Of a DNA stretch of 64,000 nt, positions 18,993 through 29,167 are shown in pieces. The DNA comes from an uncultured Elusimicrobia bacterium (GTDB lineage: Bacteria > Elusimicrobiota > Elusimicrobia > 2-01-FULL-59-12): the NCBI GenBank assembly GCA_963702895.1, contig OY969767.1:1760001-1824000 (forward strand). Direction: 5' to 3'. A model generated the notes under the pieces. That model worked only from the letters and a program-made list of their open reading frames with translations, was not told the DNA's origin and did not search any database. How positions within the stretch are numbered: position 1 is the stretch's first letter; every line of letters starts with the position of its first letter. A program made the translations under genes and the position numbers.

Positions 18993-19721
18993 TTATCTTT
19001 TTCCCACAAACTTCATATGCACCTTGAGCGTGTCATCCGGAAATCCATGGGGCAAGGGCGGCATGGGATTGGCAAACAAGACCGCCCGCAGCGCCAGTTG
19101 ATCAAAGAGCGAATCGCGCGACGACTTCGAAATCGTAGAGCCAGAAATCTGTCCCGTGCGGTTGATGATAAAGGTCACCTGGCACTCGGTCTCCGGCTCA
19201 TAGGCCTGCGGCGGCTTCCACTGTTGATCCAGCCTGTCCGCGATCGCCTTCAGGTACCAGGGGAAGGGAAAGGGCGTGCCCGTGGCCGCCATGATGCCGG
19301 GCCCGCCGCCCAAATTCGTCCCCGCTCCGTGTCCGGAGCCCTGCGAAGTCCCTGATCGTTCCCCCACGACAGGGAGTCTCGAGTCCGATTCCTCCGCCTC
19401 AAGCTTCTGCTGGGCCAAGCGTTTCTTCTTCAGCTTGGCAAGCATTCGGATGGTGTCCTGATCGGAAGCGACTTCCTCTTTCGCCACTTTCGGCGCGGTC
19501 CGCATAGCCTTTGGCAGCGAGACCTTGGGAGCCGCAGGCGCTGTAATCGCATCAGGCGAAGACGTCGAGCTGAAAGCGCCTCCTCCACCCGACGAGAGCG
19601 AACTCATCAGATCGACTGCATAATAGCTCATTGGCGCTTTGGAGAGCAAAGTGCCCATCACGAGCAGCGTCCCCAGGATCAAACCATGGATCGCGCAGGA
19701 GTAATAAAGAAAAGGCTTCAT
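18993..19721 (-). CDS. TonB/TolA C-terminal domain protein
   Basis: N-terminal TM with SxxxH, low-complexity linker, C-terminal F.I.R.G..SS..FD..ALRAV. Confidence 0.85.
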   Translation of the reverse strand: MKPFLYYSCAIHGLILGTLLVMGTLLSKAPMSYYAVDLMSSLSSGGGGAFSSTSSPDAITAPAAPKVSLPKAMRTAPKVAKEEVASDQDTIRMLAKLKKKRLAQQKLEAEESDSRLPVVGERSGTSQGSGHGAGTNLGGGPGIMAATGTPFPFPWYLKAIADRLDQQWKPPQAYEPETECQVTFIINRTGQISGSTISKSSRDSLFDQLALRAVLFANPMPPLPHGFPDDTLKVHMKFVGKR

Positions 19722-20134
19722 TTCTTGGGAGGTTCCACCGAGATGCCTAACTTGGAGACCTGCAGCTTTTTGGCGATATCCATGACCGAAACGACGTATT
19801 GAAGCGCAATGTCCTTGTCCGCCTGGATCATGAGCGGACGCTCACGTTTGGGTCCAAGCAAAGGCTTCAGAAGCGCTTCCAGCGTGCTGATGGAAGCCGG
19901 TTTGCCATTGAGGCTGATTTCCCCCTGTTTTTGGATCATGACGATGATCGGGCGGTCTGGCGCTTCGCTTCCCGCCACCGATTTCGGGAGGTTCACCCGG
20001 ACCTGCTGCTGCACGAGAAACGGCGTCATCACCATGAAGATAATGAGCAGAACCAGGGCAACGTCAATGAGCGGGATCATGTTGATCTCCGCGATGGGAC
20101 CGTGCCTCTTCCCCCTGCGCAGGGTCGCGGCCAC
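19718..20134 (-). CDS. exbD: Biopolymer transporter ExbD/TolR
   Basis: EINMIPLIDVALVLLIIFMV, V.LP, IQADK. Confidence 0.92.
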   Translation of the reverse strand: MAATLRRGKRHGPIAEINMIPLIDVALVLLIIFMVMTPFLVQQQVRVNLPKSVAGSEAPDRPIIVMIQKQGEISLNGKPASISTLEALLKPLLGPKRERPLMIQADKDIALQYVVSVMDIAKKLQVSKLGISVEPPKK

Positions 20135-20766
20135 TAGCGCGCTCCGGTGAGGTCGAGGATTTCTTGGGCGCAGAGCTCCATGTCTTCGGCGATCCGCTCC
20201 ACTTTGCGGCCGTAGGCGTTATAGGCGACAATGGCGGGGATCGCCACAAAGAGGCCTAAGGCTGTCGTCACGAGGGCTTCGGCGATGCCGTTGGCGACCA
20301 CGCCCGGCCCCCCACCTGCGTTTTCAGCAATCGCATGAAACGCGTGAATAATACCCACGACCGTTCCGAAAAGTCCCACGAAGGGCGAAATGCTGCCGAT
20401 CGTGCCAAGGACGGTCAGGTAATGGTTCATGCGGGAGGTCTCGGTCCGGATGAGCCGCAGGGCCACGCGTTCCATATGCTCCCGGCCGGCAGCCCGGTCC
20501 TGGGCGCTCGGGCGAAGGACGTAACAAAGGATGTGTCCGACGGGGCGCTTAAGGTGTTCGCAATAGCCTATGGCCGCCTCTTTGCCGCCTTCCGCGAGGA
20601 GTTTCCGGACGCGCTCGAGCACCCCGTCCCGGTCAAAATCAAAACGCCTCAGGAAAAAAAAGCGTTCCAAAATGACAGCCCCTGAGAAAATGGAACTGGC
20701 CAGCAGGAGCGACATGACTGGCCAAGCGGTCGCCCACATTTCTTTTAAAGCACTCAGGCTGAACAT
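20134..20766 (-). CDS. exbB: MotA/TolQ/ExbB proton channel
   Basis: LGTIGSISPFVGLFGTVVGII, GIAEALVTTALGLFVAIPA. Confidence 0.92.
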   Translation of the reverse strand: MFSLSALKEMWATAWPVMSLLLASSIFSGAVILERFFFLRRFDFDRDGVLERVRKLLAEGGKEAAIGYCEHLKRPVGHILCYVLRPSAQDRAAGREHMERVALRLIRTETSRMNHYLTVLGTIGSISPFVGLFGTVVGIIHAFHAIAENAGGGPGVVANGIAEALVTTALGLFVAIPAIVAYNAYGRKVERIAEDMELCAQEILDLTGAR

Positions 20767-20814
20767 AGAAAGATCCTTTCGTAGGGACTTATGATTACTT
20801 TGGATTTTAACACC

Positions 20815-22596
20815 TTACCGAGCTCTCAGCACGCGGACCCAGCGGCGCACCGACAGAAAGATCATCGTGATCGCGCAAGCCATCATGAGAACCGTCAGGA
20901 TCGCGTTGATCGAGCCGATCAAAAACTTCCCTGGCTCTCGGGCCAGGGGCAGAAAATTGTCCCAGATATTGAGCCACCCCGCCGTGAGCGTTGTGACGGC
21001 GACAAAGACCATGGGCGCAAGCGTCACCACCATATAACGCGCCTTGCCCCTGTGCAAGATGACGGTCGTGCCGATGCAAAGCGCGATCACCGCCAACAGC
21101 TGGTTGGCGACGCCAAACATGGGCCAGATCGTGGAGATGCTTCCAGTCAGAATAAAGTAAGTCCAGGGGGCGACCACCAAGGCGCTTGCGATCACGGTCC
21201 CCGGCAACCAATCGGTCCGCGCGAAAGGAGGGTAGGCTTTGCCCAGAAATTCCTGGGCGATGAACCGGGCCACGCGTGTGCCGGTGTCGATCGTCGTGAG
21301 GATAAAGAGCGCCTCAAACATGATCGCGAAGTGATACCAGTAAGACATGAGCCCTTTCATCCCGGGCAACGATGAGAAAACCTGCGCCATCCCCACCGCA
21401 AGCGACACGGCCCCGCCTGTGCGACCCGCGATATTTTCCCCCACCTGCCGGGCGAGTTCCGGCAGATTCACGGTCCCGATCCCAAGCAGAGCGAACTTCG
21501 CGGGAGAAACATTGATGGCAAAATAATCACCCGGGTAAAGGGCGGAGCAGGCGATGAGCGCCGTCACCCCCACGAGTCCCTCCAAGAGCATCGCGCCATA
21601 GCCGATGGGGCGAATGTCCAGTTCGCTACTAATCATTTTGGGCGTCGTGCCGGAAGCCACCAGGGCATGAAACCCAGAGATCGCCCCGCAGGCGATCGTG
21701 ATAAAAACAAAGGGAAAGAGCTTCCCGGGAATGATGGGGCCGCCGCCGTGAATAAAGTCGCTCACGGCAGGCAGGCGCAGCTCCGGACGAACGAGGAGCA
21801 GTCCAACAATCAGAAACCCGATGGTGCCGAGCTTCATATAGGAGCTCAGATAATCCCGCGGGCACAAGAGCATCCAGACGGGAAGAACGGAGGCGATGAA
21901 ACCATAGATGGCGATGGAAAGCGTCACCTCGGTGTGGCTGAGCGTCAGAAGAGGTCCCAGGGCAGAGTCTTGAATGAACTTGCCGGCAAACACCGCTAAG
22001 AGGAGCACCGCGACTCCGATGGCAGAAGCTTCTGCGATCTTTCCTTTGCGGAAGCAGTACATGTACCAACCCATAAAAAGGGCCAGCGGTATGGTGCATC
22101 CAATCGTGAACACCCCCCAAGGGCTGTCTCGTAAGGCATTCACCACCGCCAGGCCCAGACCCGCCAGCGCGACCATGATGATGAAGAGGATGGCGATCGC
22201 GGTGACGAGACTTGCGACCGGCCCCAGCTCTTCGCGCGCGATGACGGCAAGCGACCTTCCCTCCCGTCGCGTGGAGGCAAAGAGAATGATGAAGTCCTGC
22301 ACCGCGCCTGCCAGCACCACGCCGATGAGAAGCCAAAGAAAGCCCGGAAGGAACCCAAATTGCGCTGCGAGCACCGGCCCGATGAGGGGCCCCGCCCCCG
22401 TAATCGCGGCAAAATGATGTCCAAAGAGGACCCAGCGGTTCGTGGGGTGATAGTTCGACCCGTCGTTGAGCGTATGGGCCGGTGTTTGTCTTGCGGCGTC
22501 CAGACAAACAACTTTGGAGGAGAGAAACGCGCTGTAGTACCGGTAAGCCAAGGCGAGAACGCAGAGCGTCCCCACCATAAATGGAAACGAAGACAT
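20815..22596 (-). CDS. cstA: Carbon starvation protein A (peptide/pyruvate transporter)
   Basis: [43 protein letters not shown]. Confidence 0.95.
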   Translation of the reverse strand: MSSFPFMVGTLCVLALAYRYYSAFLSSKVVCLDAARQTPAHTLNDGSNYHPTNRWVLFGHHFAAITGAGPLIGPVLAAQFGFLPGFLWLLIGVVLAGAVQDFIILFASTRREGRSLAVIAREELGPVASLVTAIAILFIIMVALAGLGLAVVNALRDSPWGVFTIGCTIPLALFMGWYMYCFRKGKIAEASAIGVAVLLLAVFAGKFIQDSALGPLLTLSHTEVTLSIAIYGFIASVLPVWMLLCPRDYLSSYMKLGTIGFLIVGLLLVRPELRLPAVSDFIHGGGPIIPGKLFPFVFITIACGAISGFHALVASGTTPKMISSELDIRPIGYGAMLLEGLVGVTALIACSALYPGDYFAINVSPAKFALLGIGTVNLPELARQVGENIAGRTGGAVSLAVGMAQVFSSLPGMKGLMSYWYHFAIMFEALFILTTIDTGTRVARFIAQEFLGKAYPPFARTDWLPGTVIASALVVAPWTYFILTGSISTIWPMFGVANQLLAVIALCIGTTVILHRGKARYMVVTLAPMVFVAVTTLTAGWLNIWDNFLPLAREPGKFLIGSINAILTVLMMACAITMIFLSVRRWVRVLRAR

Positions 22597-22615
22597 GGCG
22601 AAAATTATATCAGGA

Positions 22616-23071
22616 TCAGTTCAGGTATTTTGCGAGCTCGGGACCGATGGCCATTTTCTTGAGCAGTGTGTCGCTCACGATCATCTCCGGGTCGCTGGCA
22701 AGTTGAAGGGCCAAAATGATAGAGGTCACTTCTCCAGGCAGGAGCGAGATCGTCGCGACAGGGCTCGTATAGTGATCGACAATCCCCGAATGACTCTTTG
22801 TACGAGCTGCATAGACGCGATAACGCCCTGGGGGGACTTGAATTGAAACTGTGGCAGAGGTTGGATAGACTCCGTAAAACTCATCACGGTCGTTGGCATA
22901 GACATACACTTGAGCGCCCGTCGCATAGGCTCCTGCATCATCGAGCACCATCGTAGAGATCGTGGCGGCAGGGACCTGCTCGGCATCCAGAGGAGCGAGC
23001 GAGCTTATCGCCAGGAAAGCAGAAATCGCGTAAAGTCCTCGGCACCTTTTCACATAATAACAGTATCGCAA
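22616..23071 (-). CDS. Exported hypothetical protein (beta-sandwich; paralog of 23154-23579)
   Basis: Signal-like segment; VLDDAG..VYVY..PPGRYRV pattern. Confidence 0.6.
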   Translation of the reverse strand: MRYCYYVKRCRGLYAISAFLAISSLAPLDAEQVPAATISTMVLDDAGAYATGAQVYVYANDRDEFYGVYPTSATVSIQVPPGRYRVYAARTKSHSGIVDHYTSPVATISLLPGEVTSIILALQLASDPEMIVSDTLLKKMAIGPELAKYLN

Positions 23072-23102
23072 TTGGAGAAATTCTTCTATGGGCCTGGAAA
23101 CT

Positions 23103-23134
23103 AAAAAAAGTGGGCCAAATGGCCCACTTTTTTT
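23103..23134. terminator. Intrinsic terminator (bidirectional shape) downstream of the 23154-23579 gene
   Basis: AAAAAAAGTGGGCC-AAAT-GGCCCACTTTTTTT hairpin with A and T tracts. Confidence 0.85.
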
Positions 23135-23153
23135 ATGAGACTTTTAGCGTGAT

Positions 23154-23579
23154 CTAGTTGAGGTGAGACGGCAAACCAAGCTTTTTCAACTCGGCCATCG
23201 TCAGACTCTGGGCCGGGGTGATCGGCATCAGCCGAAGCGTGACCACGGCATTGTCTCCCGCGACCACCTCGATATGGGCCTCATGACTCGCGAAACGATC
23301 GACATAATCACCCGTTTTCTTGACGATCGCCGAGGAGATGCGATAGGTGCCGGCGGGCATCGAAAAGGTGGTTGTTCCCGGGATATCTTTTCCTCCAATG
23401 AATTTCGTCCGATGTTCCCCAAAGATATAGACAGGGGCTTCTGGCACGATGGCGCCACTTTCATCCAGGACGCTGATATTGACTGTTCCTATATGGGTTG
23501 GTTCGGCCGCATAGGCCAGGCCGCCGCTCAGGATGGCCACCACACTCAAGATCAAGATTGCCTTTTTCATATTCAACAC
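23154..23579 (-). CDS. Exported hypothetical protein (beta-sandwich; paralog of 22616-23071)
   Basis: MKK signal peptide; VLDESG..VYIF..PAGTYRI pattern. Confidence 0.65.
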   Translation of the reverse strand: MLNMKKAILILSVVAILSGGLAYAAEPTHIGTVNISVLDESGAIVPEAPVYIFGEHRTKFIGGKDIPGTTTFSMPAGTYRISSAIVKKTGDYVDRFASHEAHIEVVAGDNAVVTLRLMPITPAQSLTMAELKKLGLPSHLN

Positions 23580-23773
23580 CCTCCCTTGGTTCGAGCATAA
23601 GGTGTCCCTCGCTTTTCAGCCATAGGTTTCAAACAGGGTTAACCCCTGTTTTCGGGGATTGAGTGTCAATATATGTAAACCTAATTAGATATTAAAATAG
23701 ACTCGTTTTTAATAGAGCCCTGTTAAGGCCTTACAAGACGCCCCTTGCGCTTTTTTGTAAAAATACATGTTAC

Positions 23774-24568
23774 GTGATAGACTCTTTCGAAGTGAGCTCT
23801 GACATCCTCCAGTCTCTCTTTTTAGGTTCGGTCCAAGGACTCACCGAGTTCCTTCCAATATCCAGTTCCGCCCACTTGATCCTCGTGCCTGCCATCATGG
23901 GTTGGCCAGATCAAGGTCTGGCCTTTGACGTCGCCCTCCACCTGGGCACCTTAGTTGGGTTGATGTCTTATTTCTGGCGGGACTTTTGGGTGATGCTCAT
24001 CAAAACCGAGCAGAGAAAGACTTTGTATTACCTGATGGCAGCGACTCTTCCGGGGGCGCTGGCGGGGCTTCTCCTGGAACACAAAGTGGAAACGCTCTTT
24101 CGATCGCCCTCTCTGATTGCGCTCACCCTCATCGTGATGGGAACCGCGCTAGCCCTGGCAGACCGGTTTAGCCGTGGCAACAAAAAAGTGGGCAATCTTT
24201 CGTTTGGACAGGCCCTCCTCATCGGCGTTTCGCAAGCGCTGGCGCTCGTTCCTGGCGTATCGCGTTCCGGCATTACGATTACGACGGGGCTTGCTCTCGG
24301 GCTGGAACGCCCTGAAGCCGCAAAATTTTCGTTTCTCCTTTCAGCACCCATTATCGCGGGGGCCGGCCTCCTCAAAGCGAAAGCCATTTTTCTATCGCCG
24401 GATAAGACGGCGATCGCCGCGGGATTTGCGGCGGCGGCTCTGGCTGGATTTTTTGCCATTTGGGCGCTGCTTCGCTACGTCCAAACCCGCCGCTACACGC
24501 CCTTTGTTGTCTACCGCTGGATCCTGGGCGTCCTGATTCTTCTGAACCTCCGTCATTTTTCCTCATGA
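23774..24568 (+). CDS. uppP: Undecaprenyl-diphosphate phosphatase (start may be 23792)
   Basis: QGLTEFLPISSSAH, PGVSRSGIT. Confidence 0.95.
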   Translation: MIDSFEVSSDILQSLFLGSVQGLTEFLPISSSAHLILVPAIMGWPDQGLAFDVALHLGTLVGLMSYFWRDFWVMLIKTEQRKTLYYLMAATLPGALAGLLLEHKVETLFRSPSLIALTLIVMGTALALADRFSRGNKKVGNLSFGQALLIGVSQALALVPGVSRSGITITTGLALGLERPEAAKFSFLLSAPIIAGAGLLKAKAIFLSPDKTAIAAGFAAAALAGFFAIWALLRYVQTRRYTPFVVYRWILGVLILLNLRHFSS

Positions 24569-25341
24569 ACCGGCGACGCTGGATCGTGCTCGTTCTGAGC
24601 TTGACCTCTTTGCCTGCCCTCTCGTATCCCGATCAAGTCATCATGAAAGATGGAACGGTGTACAAAGGAAAAATTCAAATCGACACCGATAAGGCGATTC
24701 TGATCGGCAACCCTCCTCTTGACCCCACAAGCTATCTGCTCAAAACCCAGGACATCGAGAAGATCATCTATGAGCCCTATCACCCCGCCCCCCCCTCTGA
24801 GACGAAGCGCGGTCTGATTTTTGAGGCTCAGCTCGGCGGAAGGACATTTTCATCGAATGAGCTGGACCTCCATCCGACCGCCGGGCTTTATCTGGGCATG
24901 GGCTTTCGCGTGCATCCTCTGGTGGAGCTCAGCGCTGGGTTTGACTGGATGCCCGCGCTCGAATCAAAAGATGACTTTGCTGTATCCAATGGCACCACCA
25001 CACGGCGCTACGAGCATTTTGCACAATACGGTGCTGGCTTCTCGCTGCGCCTTTACCCCCTTTATCAGAAGCACTGGAAGACCGAACCCTATGTGACGGC
25101 CGGTTATCAGTGGGCGAGCCTCGCGCCGAACGCCTCGGGTGACAGTTTCAAGGGGGCCGGATGGAACGCGGGGGCGGGTCTCATTCATCCGCTCACGACA
25201 CACCTCTATCTCGAAGCCCGCCTGAGTTATCAAAATTTGACCTTCGATCAGATCCACTTTCTGGGGCGCCAGAGCGGCATCAACCCCACGATCCAAGAGC
25301 GCATGATGTCGGTTCAGGTCGGTGCCTCCTATCGAATGTAA
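24565..25341 (+). CDS. Outer-membrane beta-barrel protein
   Basis: Signal peptide from MNRRRW, small N-terminal domain (MKDGTVYKGKI), amphipathic strands, terminal GASYRM. Confidence 0.7.
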   Translation: MNRRRWIVLVLSLTSLPALSYPDQVIMKDGTVYKGKIQIDTDKAILIGNPPLDPTSYLLKTQDIEKIIYEPYHPAPPSETKRGLIFEAQLGGRTFSSNELDLHPTAGLYLGMGFRVHPLVELSAGFDWMPALESKDDFAVSNGTTTRRYEHFAQYGAGFSLRLYPLYQKHWKTEPYVTAGYQWASLAPNASGDSFKGAGWNAGAGLIHPLTTHLYLEARLSYQNLTFDQIHFLGRQSGINPTIQERMMSVQVGASYRM

Positions 25342-25359
25342 TGTGCTAGAATTCCGCCG

Positions 25360-25842
25360 ATGAAAAAGAAAATTTCTTTGCTTCTCGTCGCTCTTGGCGG
25401 CCTCGGTATTTGCCCTGAGCTCTCTGGTGTGACGAGTCGCGTGGGTTCGGCGGAGGACTTGGGCATGGGGATGGAATTCGGGCAGCCCATCGGCGTGACG
25501 GCAAAGTATTGGCTCAATTCGACCCTGGCCATCGATGCCGCCATGGGCTATCACTTCAACGGTAATTTTGATCTCCACACGGATGCACTCTGGCACAGTT
25601 TTTCCAGCTTCCACTTGAGCAGTGGACGATTGCCTTTTTATGCGGGCCTCGGCGGGAGGGTTCTTCTGGGAAACGATTCTCAGCTGGGGGCCCGGCTGCC
25701 GTTGGGCTTGTCCTACCTGCCTTCCACAAAGCCGATCGAGCTTTTCCTCGAAATCGCTCCTGTGCTGGAACTGGTTCCTTCCGTGGAGATGGATGTGGAC
25801 GGTTTGGTGGGTTTCCGCGTTTACATCAACTATCTAAAATAA
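25360..25842 (+). CDS. Small outer-membrane beta-barrel protein
   Basis: Signal peptide; G.PIGVTAKYW, LGARLPLG, ELFLEIAP, GFRVY. Confidence 0.7.
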   Translation: MKKKISLLLVALGGLGICPELSGVTSRVGSAEDLGMGMEFGQPIGVTAKYWLNSTLAIDAAMGYHFNGNFDLHTDALWHSFSSFHLSSGRLPFYAGLGGRVLLGNDSQLGARLPLGLSYLPSTKPIELFLEIAPVLELVPSVEMDVDGLVGFRVYINYLK

Positions 25843-25882
25843 GACTCGTCCTTTGCGCCGAGGCGCCGATCTCCTCTGAGCC

Positions 25883-26296
25883 TTAAAGAATCGATTTGTC
25901 TCGGACCGTGATGTGGCTATAACGCCCCGTGGGTTGGACGCGTGAGGCATCGAGCAACTCCGGCTTGTCCGACTGTACGATGGCATAAAACAAGTCCTGC
26001 ATATCTTCCGGCGTCTGGGCATCCGAATCGACCACAAAGCTGAAATAAAGGTTCTGGTACTTGGCGAGTAAGTCCTCAACCGTGGGCGCTTTCTTTCCTT
26101 TCCAGTGATCCAGGAGGGCCTCCGCGATGGTTTTGTCCTTCACCCAATCCGCGAAGATGACTTTGGGGTTCTGCGCCCCCTCGAAGCTCACGAGCTCATA
26201 GATGCCCGGCTTTTCAGGCGCGTGACTGTAGATGGCTTCTTCCTTAAAACGGTAGCTGCGCTCAGACTGCCAGATGCCGAATTCTCGGTAAGCCAT
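25883..26296 (-). CDS. Hypothetical protein with possible degenerate GIY-YIG fold
   Basis: APEKPGIYEL..VIF resembles the UvrC-type GIY-YIG N-terminus but lacks YIG. Confidence 0.5.
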   Translation of the reverse strand: MAYREFGIWQSERSYRFKEEAIYSHAPEKPGIYELVSFEGAQNPKVIFADWVKDKTIAEALLDHWKGKKAPTVEDLLAKYQNLYFSFVVDSDAQTPEDMQDLFYAIVQSDKPELLDASRVQPTGRYSHITVRDKSIL

Positions 26297-27178
26297 TTAT
26301 CGGAGGACCACTTCAGGGACTCGGGCAGCAACGGTTTTTTCGATGGGAGCATCGATGAGATTCCCCCATTCGGTCCATGAACCGTCGTAATTTCGGACGT
26401 CTTTATAACCCAGAAGGTATTTCAGGACAACCCAGGTGTGGCTGGAACGTTCGCCAATACGACAGTAGACGAGGATGGTCTTATTCGGGCCAATCCCTTT
26501 CCTCTGAAAGAGTGTCTTCAGTTCTTCGCTGGATCGAAAACTCCCGTCCTCTTTGACGGCTTGGACCCACGGTATATTTTTCGCGCCAGGAATATGGCCG
26601 CCCCGCTGGGCGGTTTCGCGCATGCCAGGAGGCGCGATCAATTGGCCGGCGAACTCCTCCACGGAACGAACATCGACGAGGCTATATTTTTCCGGTTGGT
26701 TCAAGGCACTCATCACCTCGTCACGAAAAACGCGTATGGAAGGATCGGGGTCCTTGGCCCGATAGTCCGTGCGACCGACGATGGTGGGGTCGGTGGTCAG
26801 GGGGCGCTGTTCCAGGATCCATTTTTTACGACCCCCGTTCAAGAGCTTGACGTGTTTGTGGCCATAATACTTGAACTGCCAAAACGCCCAGGCGGCAAAC
26901 CAATTATTATTGTCCCCATAAAGAATGACGGTGGTCTCGGGTGTAATGCCGGCGGAGCTCGCCAGGGCCTCAAACTGGGATGGGGTCGCGATGGTCCTAC
27001 GAAGCTGGTTCTGCAGCTGGGTTTGCCAATTCCACCCGATGGCGCCAGGGATGTGGCCCTTCCCATAGGCGGTGGTGTCCACATCGACTTCAACAAGACG
27101 CAGCCCCGGTTCGCCCGCATGCGCGGCGACCCATCCTGTTTCCACAAGGACTTCGGGATGCGTGTAATGACTCGCCAT
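26297..27178 (-). CDS. Sulfurtransferase (double rhodanese, CysA/SseA type)
   Basis: GHIPGA twice, VYCRIGERSS, YDGSWTEW. Confidence 0.93.
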   Translation of the reverse strand: MASHYTHPEVLVETGWVAAHAGEPGLRLVEVDVDTTAYGKGHIPGAIGWNWQTQLQNQLRRTIATPSQFEALASSAGITPETTVILYGDNNNWFAAWAFWQFKYYGHKHVKLLNGGRKKWILEQRPLTTDPTIVGRTDYRAKDPDPSIRVFRDEVMSALNQPEKYSLVDVRSVEEFAGQLIAPPGMRETAQRGGHIPGAKNIPWVQAVKEDGSFRSSEELKTLFQRKGIGPNKTILVYCRIGERSSHTWVVLKYLLGYKDVRNYDGSWTEWGNLIDAPIEKTVAARVPEVVLR

Positions 27179-27209
27179 AGAGTATGTTCTGGGAAGACCC
27201 GCCTTCGTA

Positions 27210-27809
27210 TTATCTCAAATACGGGGGACGCATCCACCAGCGAAGCGCCTCCAGGAGACTTCGCGACCAAACCAGCAGAAAGCGCAGACCTCTGGGATGG
27301 AAAGCGGCCCGGGCCTCCGGATGGCCCACATAACGCCAATGCCAGGGCTCGTAGCTGACTCCCTGCCAGTTCTCTGGCGGAAAAGAGAGCTCAAAACCAT
27401 ATTGACTTGCATGCTGGGTGAGCCACCGAAAGGCTCGGGTCCGCACAAAGAGAGGGTTATCATCTGCGTCAGGGTCCTGCCAGTCCCCGAGATCGAGCAC
27501 CCAACCTGTTTGATGTTCCGAGTATCCCGGTGGCGCGAGCCACTGGATGCCGTGGCGGGGGCCATGTTGGCGCTTGGCCTCTTCGAACTGAACCTTTTGA
27601 AGTTCTGGATCTCGAAAGGCCCAGATGACATGCAGCTTGATCCCTTCGCTCTGCGCGGCAGAGGCCATGCTCTGAAACGCTTCGACGGTCTCGCGTCGGG
27701 CCATGTGCTGCAAAGTCCCATCCCGGGAAAACCCAAGAGGCATCATCAGCGCCCGATCCGGAAGAGGGGACCAGCGGTGGACCACCAGGCTAGGGAAAAG
27801 CCATCGCAT
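27210..27809 (-). CDS. M15B D-alanyl-D-alanine carboxypeptidase (VanY-like)
   Basis: APPGYSEHQTG..D and EPWHWRY motifs. Confidence 0.88.
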   Translation of the reverse strand: MRWLFPSLVVHRWSPLPDRALMMPLGFSRDGTLQHMARRETVEAFQSMASAAQSEGIKLHVIWAFRDPELQKVQFEEAKRQHGPRHGIQWLAPPGYSEHQTGWVLDLGDWQDPDADDNPLFVRTRAFRWLTQHASQYGFELSFPPENWQGVSYEPWHWRYVGHPEARAAFHPRGLRFLLVWSRSLLEALRWWMRPPYLR

Positions 27810-27931
27810 GCCTTCATCCTACCAAAGGAAATCCGCCGACCCATCACGGCCAGGGGACGCTCACGACTCGGGGACTCTCCGCAAGCCGTCAAATTGACAT
27901 CCGATAGACCGCTTGTTAAGCTACCCTCACG

Positions 27932-29167
27932 ATGACAGCGACTTATTCACCGCGGCCCGATCTCATCCAAGTCACCTACAAGGTCCAATCCCAAAAGCTG
28001 CTCGACCCAGAGAAAAAGGCGAAGGCCATCGCGCTCGGACAAACCACCGGCACCTGGACCCCCCATGAGCTCTCAGGCAAAAAGAAACTGGCGAAACACA
28101 GCGGTGTCGTCCTTGGGCTCGACGAACGGTCCCATATCGCAGGAAAGCCTTATGAATATTATCTGACCATCGGATTCCCCCCCGACAACACCGAAGGCGA
28201 TATCCCGTCCTTACTCACCATGATTTTCGGCAAGATCAGCATGGACGGGCTGATCCGATTGGACAGCATCCAATTTCCAGAGAGCTATCTGGAAAATAAA
28301 GGGCCTCGCCACGGCATCACGGGCATCCGGCAGAAAGTGTCAGAACCCGACAAACCGCTGACCATGGCGATTTTTAAACCCTGCTTGGGTCTGTCCCCCA
28401 AAGAGTTGGGTGCCATGTTCTACGAGCTGGCTTCAGGCGGGGCGCATCTGGTCAAGGATGATGAGATTCTTCCTGATTTGCCTCTGTGCCCGGCAGAAGC
28501 GCGGCTGGAGGCATGCTTGGAAGCGGCGGAGCGCGCGAAAGAGCAAACCGGACGCACGACTCTCTATGCCATGAACCTCACCGGCCAACCCAGCAAGATC
28601 GTCGCCAAAGCCAGAAGACTCAGCAAACTGGGGGCCCCGTGCTTCCTCTTCAACGTCTTAAGTTATGGGTATGGCCTTTTGGAGGAACTGACAGACGTCG
28701 GGGTGCCGATTATCGCGCATCCCGCTCTCGCGGGCGCGCTGGGGGGATCCCCGGATACAGGGATCCGCTATTCCGTTCTTCTCGGTACGCTCATGAGACT
28801 GGGCGGCGCTGATATCGTTCTTTTCCCTTCGAGCTACGGGGCTATCTCCTTGCCCGTGCAGGAAACTATGGCTATCAAAGAAGCTTTGACCTGGACCATG
28901 GGCCAACTTCCAAAATCTTTCCCAGGACCTTCTGCCGGCATTCGTCCGGGTCTAGTGCCCAAGATCCTGCAGGATTATGGCACGGATGTGATCGTGAACG
29001 CTGGCGGCGGTGTGCATGGCCACCCCAAAGGGGCACGTGCGGGAGTGAAAGCTTTTCAGCAGGCGATTTCTTGGGCGCTTCAACGAGGCAATCTCGGTGG
29101 GATTTCCCATCGCGAGTTTCCTGAGCTTTCGGAAGCGTTGAGGATCTGGGGAAAGGGCGAGATATGA
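27932..29167 (+). CDS. mtnW: RuBisCO-like protein (form IV), 2,3-diketo-5-methylthiopentyl-1-phosphate enolase
   Basis: IALGQT.GTW, IFKP, KDDE, HPA.AG, SAGI, GGGVHGHP.G; adjacent to mtnB. Confidence 0.88.
   Translation: MTATYSPRPDLIQVTYKVQSQKLLDPEKKAKAIALGQTTGTWTPHELSGKKKLAKHSGVVLGLDERSHIAGKPYEYYLTIGFPPDNTEGDIPSLLTMIFGKISMDGLIRLDSIQFPESYLENKGPRHGITGIRQKVSEPDKPLTMAIFKPCLGLSPKELGAMFYELASGGAHLVKDDEILPDLPLCPAEARLEACLEAAERAKEQTGRTTLYAMNLTGQPSKIVAKARRLSKLGAPCFLFNVLSYGYGLLEELTDVGVPIIAHPALAGALGGSPDTGIRYSVLLGTLMRLGGADIVLFPSSYGAISLPVQETMAIKEALTWTMGQLPKSFPGPSAGIRPGLVPKILQDYGTDVIVNAGGGVHGHPKGARAGVKAFQQAISWALQRGNLGGISHREFPELSEALRIWGKGEI

Noticed and set aside
23631..23651. Imperfect palindrome AAACAGGGTTAACCCCTGTTT between divergent genes
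   Set aside because: Could be an operator, but it is a single instance with no assignable regulator.
27932..29167. CO2-fixing RuBisCO
   Set aside because: Lacks the GxDFxKDDE context and a small-subunit or prk neighbour. Linkage to mtnB indicates a form IV RLP.
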